Shown: positions 1-11,183, counted from the first letter of the stretch. The stretch is DNA of 63,565 nucleotides from Isoptericola sp. (GCA_031181105.1 JAPSLD010000001.1:1-63565), one strand, 5' to 3'. A program made the numbers and translations. Notes: a model not told the origin generated them from the letters alone.

Positions 1-574
1 CGGTCGGGTTGTGCGGCGTGTTGACGACGATCAGGCGCGTGCGCTCGGAGGCCGCGGCGCGCAGGGCGTCGGCGTCGAGCCGGAACCCCTCGGCGGTCAG
101 CGGCACCGGTACGTGCGCGGCGCCGGCCATGGCGATGACGGCGGCGTGCGCGTCGTAGAACGGCTCGAGCGTGATGACCTCGTCACCCGGCCCGACGAGC
201 GCGAGGATCGACGCGGCGAGCGCCTCGGTGGCGCCGGTGGTGACGAGCACCTCGGTGTCCGGGTCGACGTCGAGCCCGTAGTGGCGGCGCTGGTGGTCCG
301 CGACGGCGCGGCGCAGCTCGGGGATGCCGTCGCCCGGCGCGTACTGGTTGCGGCCGGCGTCGATCGCGTCTTTGGCCGCCTGCTTGATGTACGCCGGGCC
401 GTCGACGTCGGGGAACCCCTGGCCGAGGTTGATCGCCCCAGTGCGGACGGCGAGCGCCGTCATCTCGGCGAAGATCGTCTGCGCGACGTCGCCGGTGGGG
501 GAGAGCAGGCCCGTCGCGCGCGCGACGTCGCGCCAGCGGCCGGCGACGGGGTGGTCGGGGTGCGCGTCCGTCAT
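1..574 (-). CDS. PLP-dependent class I/II aminotransferase (DapC-like), runs off the window edge
   Basis: Manual translation from ATG 574 gives MTDAHPDHP...QTIFAEMTALAVRTGAINLGQGFPDVDGP; TAGGGT -10 box just upstream (leaderless). Confidence 0.85.
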   Translation of the reverse strand, partial: MTDAHPDHPVAGRWRDVARATGLLSPTGDVAQTIFAEMTALAVRTGAINLGQGFPDVDGPAYIKQAAKDAIDAGRNQYAPGDGIPELRRAVADHQRRHYGLDVDPDTEVLVTTGATEALAASILALVGPGDEVITLEPFYDAHAAVIAMAGAAHVPVPLTAEGFRLDADALRAAASERTRLIVVNTPHNPT

Positions 575-810
575 GAGCCCGACCCTAGCCGCCGCTGACG
601 CCGGCGACCGAGGCCGGGCGGCCGGACCCTGGGAAGGGTATGGCCCTGGCCGCGAGGCCTCTGATACACATGACGGCGGTGCGCGGCCGGCCTCGCGCAC
701 CCGGCGCGCCGTCGGGGCTTATCCACAGGGCGATCCGCGACCCCCCCGGCGCCCGAATACGCTGTTGCCGCTCTTGCCGGTCCGGTGCAGCCGCGAGCGA
801 AGGGGGACTC

Positions 811-2073
811 GTGCCGATCGACACGCTGGCGCCTTCCGACGGGGCGTCGATCCTCGAGGACGAGGTGCGTGAGCTCGTCCGGCGACGCGAGATCGACCCG
901 GCGCGTGACCGTGCCGGCCTCGAGCGCCTCGTCGCCGAAGCCCTCACGGACTACACCGAGCGAGCCGCCCTCGGGGTGGTCCCCGCGCTGCCCGACCCGC
1001 CCGCCGCCGCGCGATCGGTGGTCGATGCGCTCGCCGGTCTGGGGCCGCTGCAGCGGTACCTCGACGATCCCGAGGTCGAGGAGATCTGGATCAACGGTCC
1101 GGCGCAGGTCTTCGTCGCGCGGGCCGGCGTGCCCGAGCTCACGACGACGATCCTCACCGCCGAGCAGGTGCGCGACCTCGTCGAGCGGATGCTCAAGTCC
1201 AGCGGGCGGCGCCTCGACCTGAGCAGCCCGTTCGTCGACGCCGTGCTGCCCGGCGGCGAACGGCTGCACGTCGTCATCCCGGACATCACGCGACGGCACT
1301 GGGCCGTCAACATCCGCAAGCACCTCGTCCGCGCCCGTCAGCTCGACGACCTCGTGCGGCTCGGCTCACTGACCCAGCACGCCGCCGCGTTCCTCGACGC
1401 AGCGGTGCGGGCCGGCCTCAACATCCTGGTGGCAGGCGCCGTCGCGGCCGGCAAGACGACGATGCTCAACGCGCTCGCGGGCTCGATCCCCTCTGGCCAG
1501 CGCGTCATCACGTGCGAGGAGGTCTTCGAGCTCAACCTCCCGGTGCGCGACGTCGTCGCGATGCAGTGCCGGCAGGCCAGCCTCGAAGGCACGGGCGAGA
1601 TCCCGCTGCGCCGGCTCGTCAAGGAGTCGCTGCGCATGCGGCCGGACCGCATCGTCATCGGCGAGGTCCGCGAGGCGGAGAGCCTGGACATGCTCGTGGC
1701 GCTCAACGCAGGCATCCCGGGGATGTCCACGATCCACGCCAACTCCGCCCATGAGGCGATCACCAAGATGTGCACGTTGCCGCTGCTCGCCGGCGAGAAC
1801 GTCACCGACCGTTTCGTCGTGCCGACGGTCGCGTCCGCCATCGACGTCGTCATGCACCTGGGTGTGCGGTCCGACGGCGTCCGGCAGGTCCGCGAGATCG
1901 TCGCGGTCACAGGCCGCGTGGAGGAGGGGCGGGTCGAGACCGCGGGGCTCTTCCACCGGCTGCCGGCCGAGCAGGGTGGCGACCTGGTACGCGGCGACGG
2001 CTTCCCGCCGGGCGCCGAGCGGTTCGCGCGGGCCGGCATCGACGTCCGAGCGCTGCTCACGGGGGCGCACTGA
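811..2073 (+). CDS. tadA: CpaF/TadA pilus assembly ATPase
   Basis: Walker A GAVAAGKTT, LRMRPDRIVIGEVR, STIHANS; start placed at GTG 811 after a purine-rich RBS. Confidence 0.9.
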   Translation: MPIDTLAPSDGASILEDEVRELVRRREIDPARDRAGLERLVAEALTDYTERAALGVVPALPDPPAAARSVVDALAGLGPLQRYLDDPEVEEIWINGPAQVFVARAGVPELTTTILTAEQVRDLVERMLKSSGRRLDLSSPFVDAVLPGGERLHVVIPDITRRHWAVNIRKHLVRARQLDDLVRLGSLTQHAAAFLDAAVRAGLNILVAGAVAAGKTTMLNALAGSIPSGQRVITCEEVFELNLPVRDVVAMQCRQASLEGTGEIPLRRLVKESLRMRPDRIVIGEVREAESLDMLVALNAGIPGMSTIHANSAHEAITKMCTLPLLAGENVTDRFVVPTVASAIDVVMHLGVRSDGVRQVREIVAVTGRVEEGRVETAGLFHRLPAEQGGDLVRGDGFPPGAERFARAGIDVRALLTGAH

Positions 2074-2930
2074 TGGGCGTCGTCGCCGGGCTGCTCCTCG
2101 GCGCCGGGCTCTTCTGCGTCTGGTGGTCCTTCTGGGAGCCCGCGCAGCGGCCCGGGCGCAGCACGCGGCGCTCCGCTCTCGTGCAGGACCTGCTCGTGCA
2201 GGCGGGAGCGCCGTCCGTCACGCCGGGTGCGCTGTACGGCGTGAGCGCCGGCCTTGGCCTCCTCGTGCTCCTGACCGGGCTCGCGCTGACGCGCTCGCCG
2301 GCGATCGCGCTGTGCTTCGCGGTCATGGCGACGGTCGCGCCGGAGGCGCTCGTCCGCGCGCGTGCGCGCAAGCGCAGGCGCGACCTTCGCGAGGTCTGGC
2401 CCGAGGTCGTCGACCACCTGGCGTCCGGCGTGCGTGCCGGCCTGTCCCTCCCGGAGGCGGTCGCCCAGCTCGGCGAACGCGGGCCGGTCGAGCTGCGCGA
2501 GCCGTTCGCGCGGTTCGCGGCCGACTACCGGGCCACGGGCCGGTTCGGCGAGTGCCTCGACCTGCTCAAGGCGCGCCTCGCGGACCCCGTGGCCGACCGG
2601 ATCGTCGAGGCGCTCCGGCTCACCCGCGAGGTGGGCGGTACGGACCTCGGCCGGCTCCTGCGCACCCTGTCGGCGTTCCTGCGGGAGGACGCCCGCACGC
2701 GTGGAGAGCTCGAGGCCCGCCAGAGCTGGACCGTCAACGGTGCCCGCCTCGCCGCGGCCGGGCCGTGGATCGTGCTCGCGTTCCTGGCGACGCGCCCGGA
2801 GACGGCTCAGGCCTACGACTCCGCGGCCGGGGTCGCCGTGCTCGGTGGCGGTGCCGGCGTCTCCGTGGTGGCCTACCGGCTCATGCGCAGGATCGGGCGC
2901 CTGCCGGAGGAAGGCCGGGTGCTGCGGTGA
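2073..2930 (+). CDS. tadB: TadB-like T2SS-F family membrane protein
   Basis: TGATG overlap with tadA; VDHLASGVRAGLSLPEA and REVGGTDLGRLL motifs; TM segments. Confidence 0.85.
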   Translation: MGVVAGLLLGAGLFCVWWSFWEPAQRPGRSTRRSALVQDLLVQAGAPSVTPGALYGVSAGLGLLVLLTGLALTRSPAIALCFAVMATVAPEALVRARARKRRRDLREVWPEVVDHLASGVRAGLSLPEAVAQLGERGPVELREPFARFAADYRATGRFGECLDLLKARLADPVADRIVEALRLTREVGGTDLGRLLRTLSAFLREDARTRGELEARQSWTVNGARLAAAGPWIVLAFLATRPETAQAYDSAAGVAVLGGGAGVSVVAYRLMRRIGRLPEEGRVLR

Positions 2931-3865
2931 GCGAATGGGTGTCGGTGCCCGGCGCGCTGGTGGGCCTGCTCGGGAGCGTGGGTCTCCTGCTGGTGCTCGT
3001 CGGCCTGCGCGCACGGCGGATCACGCTCGACGAGCGGCTCGCGCCCGCGCTGCGGCCGCGCGACGCCACGTCCGGCCTGCTGCGCGAGCAGGTCGTGCAC
3101 ACGCCGTTCCCCGTGGTCGAGCGCCTCGTCGCGCCGTGGCTCGCCGACGCCGCGCGCTGGTTCGAGCGGCTGGGCTCGCCGCGCCCCGAGGTTCGCCGTC
3201 GGCTCGACAGGGCCGGATGGGCTCAGAGCGTCGACCAGTTCCGCGCCCGGCAGGTCGTCTGGACCGTGCTGGGCCTTGCCGGGGGACTCCTCGCCGCGGT
3301 GCTGCTCGCGGCCGTCCGGGGATCGTCGCCGATGCCACTCGTGGCCCTCGTGGTGCTGTCCGGAGGGCTCGGTTTCGCTCTGTGCGACCAGCAGCTGAGC
3401 GCCGCCGTGCGGCGCCGCGAGGAGAAGATGCTCGCCGAGTTTCCCACCGTGGCCGAGCTGCTGGCCCTGGCCGTCACCGCGGGCGAGGGGCCGGTCCCCG
3501 CGCTCGAGCGGGTCGCCACCACGGCGCGCGGCGAGCTGTCTGCGGAGCTCTCGCGCATGCTCGCCGACGTCCGCGCGGGCACCCCGATCGCGCCGGCCCT
3601 CTACGCGATGGCGGACCGGACCGGTCTGCCGCCGCTGACGCGCTTCGCCGAGGGCGTCGCCGTCGCGCTCGAGCGCGGCACCCCGCTCGCCGAGGTCCTG
3701 CGCGCGCAGGCCCAGGACGTCCGCGAGTCCGGCCGCCGCGCGCTCATGGAGGCCGGCGGCAGGAAGGAGGTCGCGATGCTCGTGCCCGTCGTGTTCCTCG
3801 TCCTACCCGTGACCGTCGTGTTCGCCGTCTTCCCGTCGTTCGCCACGCTGCGGATCGGGCTCTGA
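2927..3865 (+). CDS. tadC: TadC-like T2SS-F family membrane protein
   Basis: GTGA overlap; EFPTVAELLALAVTAGEG, ERGTPLAEVLRAQA, MLVPVVFLVLP. Confidence 0.85.
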   Translation: MSEWVSVPGALVGLLGSVGLLLVLVGLRARRITLDERLAPALRPRDATSGLLREQVVHTPFPVVERLVAPWLADAARWFERLGSPRPEVRRRLDRAGWAQSVDQFRARQVVWTVLGLAGGLLAAVLLAAVRGSSPMPLVALVVLSGGLGFALCDQQLSAAVRRREEKMLAEFPTVAELLALAVTAGEGPVPALERVATTARGELSAELSRMLADVRAGTPIAPALYAMADRTGLPPLTRFAEGVAVALERGTPLAEVLRAQAQDVRESGRRALMEAGGRKEVAMLVPVVFLVLPVTVVFAVFPSFATLRIGL

Positions 3866-3894
3866 CCCACCGCCACCTAGAAAGGATCCCTCCC

Positions 3895-4074
3895 ATGCCG
3901 AACATCGACCCCCGCGACCTGCCCGCACCCGACGACCCGGAGCGCGGAGACGTACCCGGATGGGTGCTCGTCACTTTGATGACGGCCGGCCTCGTGGTGG
4001 CGCTCTGGGCCATCGCCGGGCCGCTGCTCGAGGGTGCATTCACCGACGCGATCTCGAGCGTCACGGGCCGCTGA
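3895..4074 (+). CDS. Flp-like pilin (59 aa)
   Basis: AAAGGA RBS; ERG|DVPGWVLVTLMTAGLVV hydrophobic pilin-like segment. Confidence 0.75.
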   Translation: MPNIDPRDLPAPDDPERGDVPGWVLVTLMTAGLVVALWAIAGPLLEGAFTDAISSVTGR

Positions 4075-4076
4075 CC

Positions 4077-4451
4077 GTGCGGGACGAGGAGCGCGGCTCG
4101 GCTGTGGCCGAGTTCGTCCTCGTCGCTGCGCTCGTGCTCGCGCTGTTCCTCGGCGTCGTCCAGGTGGCGCTCGCGCTGCACGTCCGGTCTCTCGTCGTCG
4201 ACGCCGCCGCCGAGGGTGCACGCATCGCCGCCCGGGCCGACCGCGACCTCGCGGACGGCGCGCAACGCACCCGCGCCCTGCTCACCGCCTCGCTGAGCGA
4301 GAGCTACGCGCGCGACGTCGCCGTCCGCACCACGACCCTCGACGGCCTGCCGGTCGTCGAGGTGACCGTGCGTGCGCCGCTGCCCGTCGTCGGGATCCTG
4401 GGACCGTCGGGCGGCCTGACCGCGCGGGGGCACGCGCTGGAGGAGGGCTGA
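4077..4451 (+). CDS. TadE-like pseudopilin
   Basis: ERG|SAVAEF prepilin motif, AAAEGAR. Confidence 0.8.
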   Translation: MRDEERGSAVAEFVLVAALVLALFLGVVQVALALHVRSLVVDAAAEGARIAARADRDLADGAQRTRALLTASLSESYARDVAVRTTTLDGLPVVEVTVRAPLPVVGILGPSGGLTARGHALEEG

Positions 4452-4885
4452 TGGATCGCGACGACGAGCGCGGCTCCGCGATGGTGGAGTTCATCGGTGC
4501 TGCCGTGCTCCTGCTCGTGCCGCTGGTGTATCTCGTCCTGACGCTCGCCCAGGTGCAGGCCGGCACCTTCGCCGTCGAGGGTGCGGCACGGGAGGCCGCA
4601 CGTGCGGTCGTGACGGCGCAGTCGTCGGCCGAGGGTGCTGCCCGTGCGCAGGCGGCCGTGCGGATCGCGCTGGCGGACCAGGGCTTCGACGACGGTGACG
4701 CGCTGCGGCTCGAGTGCTCGCACGACCCCTGCCTCACGCCGGGCGGGACCGTCGCGACGCAGGTGCGGCTCGCGGTCCCGCTGCCGTTCGTACCTGAGGC
4801 CCTGCGCTCGTGGGTCCCGCTCGAGATCCCGGTCGAGGCGACGCACGTGGGCACCGTGGACCAGTACGGGCAGGTCCGGCCATGA
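4451..4885 (+). CDS. TadE-like pseudopilin
   Basis: ERG|SAMVEF prepilin motif, AAREAAR. Confidence 0.8.
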   Translation: MDRDDERGSAMVEFIGAAVLLLVPLVYLVLTLAQVQAGTFAVEGAAREAARAVVTAQSSAEGAARAQAAVRIALADQGFDDGDALRLECSHDPCLTPGGTVATQVRLAVPLPFVPEALRSWVPLEIPVEATHVGTVDQYGQVRP

Positions 4886-5346
4886 CGATGCGGCGGGAAC
4901 GGCACGAGGAAGGCCGGATCATGCTGCTGACGGCCGGGTGCGTGGCGGTCGGGCTCATGCTCGTCGCGATGGTCGCGTCGTCGACCGCGGTGCACCTCGA
5001 CCGCAAGCAGCTGTACGACGTGGCGGACCTGCTGGCGGCCGACGCCGCGGACGCGATGCCGCCCGAGCGGTTCTACGCCGGCGAGGCCCGTGCGCCCGAC
5101 GCGTCGGGCGTGCTGACCCTGACCGACGCCGACGTCGAGCGCTCGGTCACCGAGTACCTCGCGGCCCATCCCGGTGCGCTGCGCGGTCTCGAGGCGGTGC
5201 GCGTGGTCGAGGCGTCGTCGCCCGACGGTCGCACCGCCCGCGTCGGGCTGGCGGCGACGTCGCGACCACCGCTGCTGCGGTGGTTCACCGACGCGTTCGG
5301 CGGCGGGTTCGCGATCCACGCGACGTCGTCGGCACGCGCCCAGTAG
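4882..5346 (+). CDS. TadG-like pilus protein
   Basis: ATGA overlap; EEG|RIMLL hydrophobic N-terminus; last gene of the tad cluster. Confidence 0.7.
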   Translation: MTMRRERHEEGRIMLLTAGCVAVGLMLVAMVASSTAVHLDRKQLYDVADLLAADAADAMPPERFYAGEARAPDASGVLTLTDADVERSVTEYLAAHPGALRGLEAVRVVEASSPDGRTARVGLAATSRPPLLRWFTDAFGGGFAIHATSSARAQ

Positions 5347-5355
5347 GTTCGAAGG

Positions 5356-5739
5356 ATGACCGACGACAAGGCACCGGTGGACCTGGACCAGATGTTCGAC
5401 CTCGCCCGCGCGGGAGCGGACCTGCTCCTGGAGTTCGTCGACGCCGGCGTCCCGGCCGACCACGCGGACGCCGACGGCAACACCCTGCTGATGCTCGCCG
5501 CCTACCACGGGCACGCGGACCTGGTTCGTGGGCTGGCCGAGCGCGGCGCGGACGTCGACCGGCTCAACGCCCGCGGTCAGTCCCCGCTGGCCGGCGCGGT
5601 GTTCAAGGGATACGACGACGTCGCGACCGCGCTGCTCGAGCGCGGCGCGGACCCCGACGTCGGAACGCCGAGCGCCCGCGCCACCGCGGAGATGTTCGAG
5701 CGCACGCTGCCCGAGCCTCCGTCGAACGACGGTCGCTGA
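5356..5739 (+). CDS. Ankyrin repeat protein
   Basis: [13 protein letters not shown] and [12 protein letters not shown] ankyrin motifs. Confidence 0.85.
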   Translation: MTDDKAPVDLDQMFDLARAGADLLLEFVDAGVPADHADADGNTLLMLAAYHGHADLVRGLAERGADVDRLNARGQSPLAGAVFKGYDDVATALLERGADPDVGTPSARATAEMFERTLPEPPSNDGR

Positions 5740-5761
5740 GCCGCGGGTAGGCTTGAACCTC

Positions 5762-6877
5762 GTGGCCACCATCGACTTTCCCGCAGAGATCAAGGCGCTG
5801 CGCGCCACCCTCGACTCCATCGAGGCCGTGAGCGACCCCACCGCCCTGCAGGAGAAGATCGCCCGCCTCTCCGAGCAGGCGTCGGCCCCGGACCTGTGGG
5901 ACGACCCGGACGCCGCGCAGAAGATCACGCAGGCCCTGTCCGTCACGCAGGGCGAGCTCGAGCGGGTCGAGAGGCTCCGCCAGCGCATCGACGACGTCGA
6001 AACACTCGTCGAGATGGGCCACGAGATGGACGACGCCGAGACCCTCGCCGAGGCCGAGGCGGACGTCGCCGCGATCCGCAAGGACCTCGACGTCCTCGAG
6101 GTGCGCACGCTCCTCAACGGCGAGTACGACGCCCGCGAGGCCGTCATCACGATCCGCGCCGGGGCCGGCGGCGTCGACGCCGCGGACTTCGCCGAGATGC
6201 TCATGCGCATGTACCTGCGCTGGGCCGAGCGCCACGGCTACCCGACGTCGGTGCTCGACACGTCGTACGCCGAGGAGGCCGGTCTCAAGTCCGCGACGTT
6301 CGAGGTCAAGGCGCCCTACGCGTTCGGGCACCTGTCCGTCGAGGCCGGCACGCACCGGCTCGTGCGGATCTCGCCGTTCGACAACCAGGGCCGCCGCCAG
6401 ACGTCGTTCGCCGCGGTCGAGGTGGTCCCGCTCATCGAACAGACCGACCACATCGAGATCCCCGAGTCGGAGCTGAAGATCGACGTCTTCCGCTCCTCGG
6501 GTCCCGGCGGCCAGTCCGTCAACACGACCGACTCCGCGGTGCGCATGACGCACATCCCCACGGGGACCGTCGTGTCGATGCAGAACGAGAAGTCGCAGCT
6601 ACAGAACCGCGCCGCGGCCCTGCGCGTCATGCAGTCTCGCCTGCTGCTGATCCGTCAGCAGGAGGAGGCCGCGAAGAAGAAGGAGCTCGCCGGCGACATC
6701 AAGGCGAGCTGGGGCGACCAGATGCGCTCCTACGTGCTGCAGCCGTACCAGATGGTCAAGGACCTGCGCACCGAGCACGAGTCCGGCAACACCCAGGCCG
6801 TGTTCGACGGCGCCATCGACGACTTCATCGAGGCCGGCATCCGCTGGCGCCGGTCGCAGACCGGCGACGCCGCCTGA
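5762..6877 (+). CDS. prfB: Peptide chain release factor 2
   Basis: SPF motif (RISPFD) and GGQ motif; leaderless GTG after TAGGCT. Confidence 0.95.
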   Translation: MATIDFPAEIKALRATLDSIEAVSDPTALQEKIARLSEQASAPDLWDDPDAAQKITQALSVTQGELERVERLRQRIDDVETLVEMGHEMDDAETLAEAEADVAAIRKDLDVLEVRTLLNGEYDAREAVITIRAGAGGVDAADFAEMLMRMYLRWAERHGYPTSVLDTSYAEEAGLKSATFEVKAPYAFGHLSVEAGTHRLVRISPFDNQGRRQTSFAAVEVVPLIEQTDHIEIPESELKIDVFRSSGPGGQSVNTTDSAVRMTHIPTGTVVSMQNEKSQLQNRAAALRVMQSRLLLIRQQEEAAKKKELAGDIKASWGDQMRSYVLQPYQMVKDLRTEHESGNTQAVFDGAIDDFIEAGIRWRRSQTGDAA

Positions 6878-6878
6878 G

Positions 6879-7082
6879 CGACGTAGCGACCCGCACGCCG
6901 AGGTAGCGCGATTCCGCGCGAGGTAGCGCGCTATTTCGGCGGTGGGCGCGCTACCTCGGCGGTGAGCGCGCTACCTCGCCGACGCGAGCGCTACCTCGGC
7001 GGTGGGCGCGCTACCTCGTCGAGCGGGGCGCTACCTCGGCGGTGGGTGCGCTACCTCGCCGAGGGGTGCGCTACGTCGGCGG
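6879..7082. repeat. 20-bp-period GTAG-core tandem repeat array; 3 forward units then 8 inverted units
   Basis: CGAGGTAGCGC-like units at 6879/6899/6919, then GCGCTACCTCG-like units every 20 bp from 6928 to 7068. Confidence 0.85.
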
Positions 7083-7213
7083 TGGTGGTGCGGGCAACAG
7101 TCCGGTCCGCGACACACCGGCGTGTCCTGCGCGAGACCCTACGGGCGGGCGTGCGAGTCTCGATCGGCGAATGGCACCGCTCCGGCGTGGAGTGGTGCGG
7201 GGGAGGGGCACGC

Positions 7214-8188
7214 GTGATCCGGTTCGAGAACGTCGAGAAGGTCTACGCCCGCGGGGCGAGGCCGGCGCTCGACGGCGTCACGGTCGACGTCGCGCGCGGC
7301 GAGTTCGTCTTCCTCGTCGGGGCCTCGGGCTCCGGCAAGTCGACGTTCCTGCGCCTGGTGCTGCGCGAGGAGCGCCCCACGGCCGGGCGCGTCTACGTCG
7401 CCGGCCGCGACCTGTCCACCATCTCGAGCTGGAAGGTGCCGTCACTGCGCCGCAGTATCGGCGTCGTGTTCCAGGACTTCCGCCTGCTGCCCAACAAGAC
7501 GGTCTACGAGAACGTCGCGTTCGCGCTCCAGGTCATCGGCCGCCCGCGGCACGTCATCAAGACCACCGTGCCCGAGGTGCTCGAGATGGTCGGCCTCGAC
7601 GGCAAGGAGAAGCGGCGCCCGCACGAGCTGTCCGGCGGCGAGCAGCAGCGCGTCGCGATCGCGCGCGCGTTCGTCAACCGCCCGCAGATCCTGCTCGCCG
7701 ACGAGCCCACGGGAAACCTCGACCCGACGACGTCGCTCGGCATCATGCGCCTGCTCGACCGCATCAACCGCACCGGCACCACCGTGGTCATGGCGACGCA
7801 CGACGACGAGATCGTCAACGAGATGCGCAAGCGCGTGGTCGAGCTCAAGACCGGCACGGTCGTGCGCGACGAGGCGGTCGGCTCCTACGGCGAGCGCGAG
7901 TCCATCCTGCCCACGATCGGCGGCACGCCCGTGCTCGACGCCCCCGGGCGCAACCAGCCGGCCATCCGGGTCACCCCCGAGCCGGCCGACCTCGAGGCCG
8001 AGCGCGCCGCCGAGGAGGCCGCGGAGCGCGCCGCCGCCGAGCACGCCGGCCCGCTGGTCCCCGTGCCCGCCGAACCGCCGGTGCGCACCCGCCGCGCCGC
8101 GGCCGCGGCCCGGCGCTACCCGGCCGACGACGTCGTGCAGCAGGTGCTCGCCGAGAACAGCCGCGCCCGCGCCGGACGGGAGGGCTGA
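7214..8188 (+). CDS. ftsE: Cell division ABC ATPase FtsE with C-terminal extension
   Basis: [28 protein letters not shown]; adjacent to ftsX. Confidence 0.92.
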   Translation: MIRFENVEKVYARGARPALDGVTVDVARGEFVFLVGASGSGKSTFLRLVLREERPTAGRVYVAGRDLSTISSWKVPSLRRSIGVVFQDFRLLPNKTVYENVAFALQVIGRPRHVIKTTVPEVLEMVGLDGKEKRRPHELSGGEQQRVAIARAFVNRPQILLADEPTGNLDPTTSLGIMRLLDRINRTGTTVVMATHDDEIVNEMRKRVVELKTGTVVRDEAVGSYGERESILPTIGGTPVLDAPGRNQPAIRVTPEPADLEAERAAEEAAERAAAEHAGPLVPVPAEPPVRTRRAAAAARRYPADDVVQQVLAENSRARAGREG

Positions 8189-8189
8189 C

Positions 8190-9101
8190 GTGCGCCTCCA
8201 GTTCGTCGTCACGGAGGTCCTGCAGGGCCTGCGCCGCAACGTGTCCATGGTCATCTCCGTCGTCCTGGTGACCTTCGTGTCGCTGACGTTCGTGGGTTCT
8301 GCCGCGCTGCTGCAGACGCAGGTCGACAAGCTCAAGGACGACTGGTACGACCTCGTCGAGGTGTCGGTCTTCCTGTGCCCCAACGGCTCGACGGCGCCGA
8401 CGTGCGCCGCGGGGGAGGCGACCGAGGAGCAGATCGACGCGCTGCGCACGGTCATCGACACCGAGCTCGCGGACGTCGTCGCGCAGACCTACCTGGAGAC
8501 CAAGGCCGACGCGTTCGCCGCGTTCAGCGAGCGCTACCCGGACGGCTACCAGGGCACCCAGCTCACCGAGGACGACATGCAGGCGTCGTTCCGGCTCAAG
8601 CTCGTCGACCCCGAGCAGTACCAGGTCGTCGCCGACGTGCTCACCGGGCGTGAGGGCGTCGAGGTCGTCGAGGACCAGCGGGCGATCTTCCAGCCGCTCT
8701 TCCTGGCGCTCAACCGGGCGTCGCTGCTCGCGGCCGGGCTCGCGGGCGTCATGCTGCTCGCCGCCGTCCTGCTGATCACGACGACGATCCGCCTGTCCGC
8801 GATGTCGCGCCGGCGCGAGACCGGCATCATGCGGCTCGTCGGCGCGTCCAACCTGTTCGTCCAGCTGCCGTTCCTGCTCGAGGGCGCGATCGCCGCCGTC
8901 GTCGGGGCGGTGCTCGCCGTCGGCGGGCTGTGGCTCGGCGTCAAGTACTTCGTCACCGACTGGCTGCAGCAATCGGTGAACTGGGTAGCCTACGTGACCG
9001 TGGGCGACGTGCTGCTCGTCGCCCCGCTGCTGATCGGCATCGCGGTCGCGCTCGCCGTGGTGTCGTCGGTCGTGACGCTCAACCGCTACACGAGGGTGTG
9101 A
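8190..9101 (+). CDS. ftsX: Cell division permease FtsX
   Basis: GLRRNVSM, IMRLVGAS, PFLLEG; prfB-ftsEX-smpB synteny. Confidence 0.92.
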   Translation: MRLQFVVTEVLQGLRRNVSMVISVVLVTFVSLTFVGSAALLQTQVDKLKDDWYDLVEVSVFLCPNGSTAPTCAAGEATEEQIDALRTVIDTELADVVAQTYLETKADAFAAFSERYPDGYQGTQLTEDDMQASFRLKLVDPEQYQVVADVLTGREGVEVVEDQRAIFQPLFLALNRASLLAAGLAGVMLLAAVLLITTTIRLSAMSRRRETGIMRLVGASNLFVQLPFLLEGAIAAVVGAVLAVGGLWLGVKYFVTDWLQQSVNWVAYVTVGDVLLVAPLLIGIAVALAVVSSVVTLNRYTRV

Positions 9102-9109
9102 GGACGACG

Positions 9110-10594
9110 ATGCAGACCTGGGGGGCTGGTCCCGCGCGTCCGGAGGGCCGCTGGCGCCGCGTGGTCGGTGCGGTGCTCGGCGCCGTGCTCGCCGCGGGCA
9201 TGGTGGTGGGCGGCGTCGTGTCGGCGGGCGCCGACGACATCGACGACCAGCGCGCCGCCGCCGAGGCGGAGCGGCGCGCCAAGGAACGCGAGCGCGAGGA
9301 GCTCCAGCACGAGCTGGAGGACACCAACGCGCGTTTCAGCCAGGCGGTGCTCGACCTCAACGCGGTCGAGGCGCGGCTCCCGGTCGCGCAGGCCGAGCTC
9401 GCGTCCGCCCAGGCGATGCTCGAGGAGGCGCGGCGCAAGGCCGAGATCCTGGCCCAGCGCCTCGAGGACGCCCAGGCCGAGGAGGCCGCGGTCACCGAGC
9501 AGATCCAGGCGGACGCCGGCAAGGTCGACGCCGCGCGCGCGGACATCGTGCAGATGGCGCGCGAGGCCTACCGGGCCGGCAGCACCCCGAGCACGCTGGG
9601 CATCGTCACCGGCGCCCAGTCGACGCGGGAGTTCCTCGAGGAGTACGCGGTCTCGTCGTCGGCCGCGCGCAGCCAGGCGCGCACGCTCGCCGAGCTGCAG
9701 GACGCCGAGTCGCTCGCGCGCAACCAGCAGGCGCGGCTGAACGCGATCCGCGAGACGATCACCGACCTCAAGGCCGAGGCGGACGCCAACGTCGTCGCGG
9801 CCCAGGAGGCCGAGCGCGAGGCGTCCGACCGCAAGGCGGAGGTCGAGCGGCTCATCTCCGAGCAGCGCGAGCTCAAGGCCACGATCGAGGACCAGCGCGA
9901 GACCGCGCTCGCCGAGCTGGAGGAGAACCAGCAGGAGCGGCAGTCCCTCGAGTCCGAGATCAAGCAGATCATCGCCAAGCAGAAGGAGCGCGACGCCCGG
10001 CTCGCCGAGGAGCGGCGCAGGGCCGAGGAGGAGGCGCGCAAGCGCGCCGCCGCCGAGGCCGCCAAGAACAACAGCGGTGGTGGCGGCTCGGGCGGCGGGG
10101 GCAGTAGCTCCGGCGGTGGTGGCAGCAGCTCCGGGGGAGGCGGCTCCGGCGGTGGCGGCGGCTCCGGCGGTGGCGGCAGCACGTCGTCGGGGCCGTTCCT
10201 GGGCTGGCCGACCAACTACAAGGTGGTCACGAGCTCGTACGGCATGCGCTACCACCCCAAGCTCAACGTATGGCGCCTGCACGCCGGCACGGACATCCGC
10301 ACCTACTGCGGCACCCCGATCTACGCGGCGCAGAGCGGGTACGTCGAGAAGGCTTACTACGCCAGCGGGCCCGGCAACAACGTGCTGATCAACCACGGCA
10401 CGCACCGGGGCAGCAACGTGATGACGCGGTACCTGCACCTGTCTACCGACGTCGTGCGGGTGGGCCAGTACGTCGACAAGGGCCAGGTCATCGGCTACTC
10501 GGGTTCGACCGGCACGTCGACGGCCTGCCACCTGCACTTCGAGGTGTACGTCAACGGCAGCACCGTGGACCCGATGAGCGGCTGGCTCAACTGA
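9110..10594 (+). CDS. Secreted coiled-coil M23 peptidoglycan endopeptidase
   Basis: Signal peptide, long coiled coil, Gly/Ser linker, HAGTD and HLH M23 motifs. Confidence 0.88.
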   Translation: MQTWGAGPARPEGRWRRVVGAVLGAVLAAGMVVGGVVSAGADDIDDQRAAAEAERRAKEREREELQHELEDTNARFSQAVLDLNAVEARLPVAQAELASAQAMLEEARRKAEILAQRLEDAQAEEAAVTEQIQADAGKVDAARADIVQMAREAYRAGSTPSTLGIVTGAQSTREFLEEYAVSSSAARSQARTLAELQDAESLARNQQARLNAIRETITDLKAEADANVVAAQEAEREASDRKAEVERLISEQRELKATIEDQRETALAELEENQQERQSLESEIKQIIAKQKERDARLAEERRRAEEEARKRAAAEAAKNNSGGGGSGGGGSSSGGGGSSSGGGGSGGGGGSGGGGSTSSGPFLGWPTNYKVVTSSYGMRYHPKLNVWRLHAGTDIRTYCGTPIYAAQSGYVEKAYYASGPGNNVLINHGTHRGSNVMTRYLHLSTDVVRVGQYVDKGQVIGYSGSTGTSTACHLHFEVYVNGSTVDPMSGWLN

Positions 10595-10694
10595 CCCCGG
10601 CCCGCGCGCCGGGTTTCTCCGGGCGCTGAAAAGGGCTCGTCACACCGGTGCGCTCCCGTATCCTGGGACGTCGACCACCCGGGAGGAGGAGACC

Positions 10695-11183
10695 ATGGCC
10701 AAGGGCGCCAAGAAGCAGGCGGACCCGCGCACGATCGTGGCGAACAACAAGAAGGCCCGCCACGACTACGTGATCGAGGACGTCTTCGAGGCCGGGCTCG
10801 TCCTGTCGGGCACGGAGGTCAAGGCGCTGCGCATGGGCCGGGCCTCGCTGATCGACGGCTACGCGACCATCGACCGCGGTGAGGCGTGGCTCGAGAACGT
10901 GCACATCCCCGAGTACTTCCAGGGCACGTGGAACAACCACGCCCCGCGGCGCCGGCGCAAGCTGCTGCTGCACCGCGAGGAGATCCTGCGGCTCGACTCC
11001 AAGGTCAAGGAGAAGGGTCACACGCTGGTGCCCCTGAGCCTGTACTTCCTCGACGGCCGCGCCAAGGTCGAGATCGCGCTCGCGCGCGGCAAGAAGGAGT
11101 ACGACAAGCGGCAGACGCTGCGCGAGAAGCAGGACATGCGCGAGGCGCAGCGCGCCATGCGCCAGCGCGAGCTGCTCAGCTGA
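10695..11183 (+). CDS. smpB: SsrA-binding protein
   Basis: [34 protein letters not shown]. Confidence 0.97.
   Translation: MAKGAKKQADPRTIVANNKKARHDYVIEDVFEAGLVLSGTEVKALRMGRASLIDGYATIDRGEAWLENVHIPEYFQGTWNNHAPRRRRKLLLHREEILRLDSKVKEKGHTLVPLSLYFLDGRAKVEIALARGKKEYDKRQTLREKQDMREAQRAMRQRELLS

Noticed and set aside
5762-6877. prfB without programmed frameshift
   Set aside because: Normal for Actinobacteria
6879-7082. CRISPR array
   Set aside because: 20-bp period with ~9-bp similar linkers, an orientation switch, and no cas genes
10072-10185. GGC/AGC-rich repeat
   Set aside because: In-frame Gly/Ser linker of the M23 peptidase
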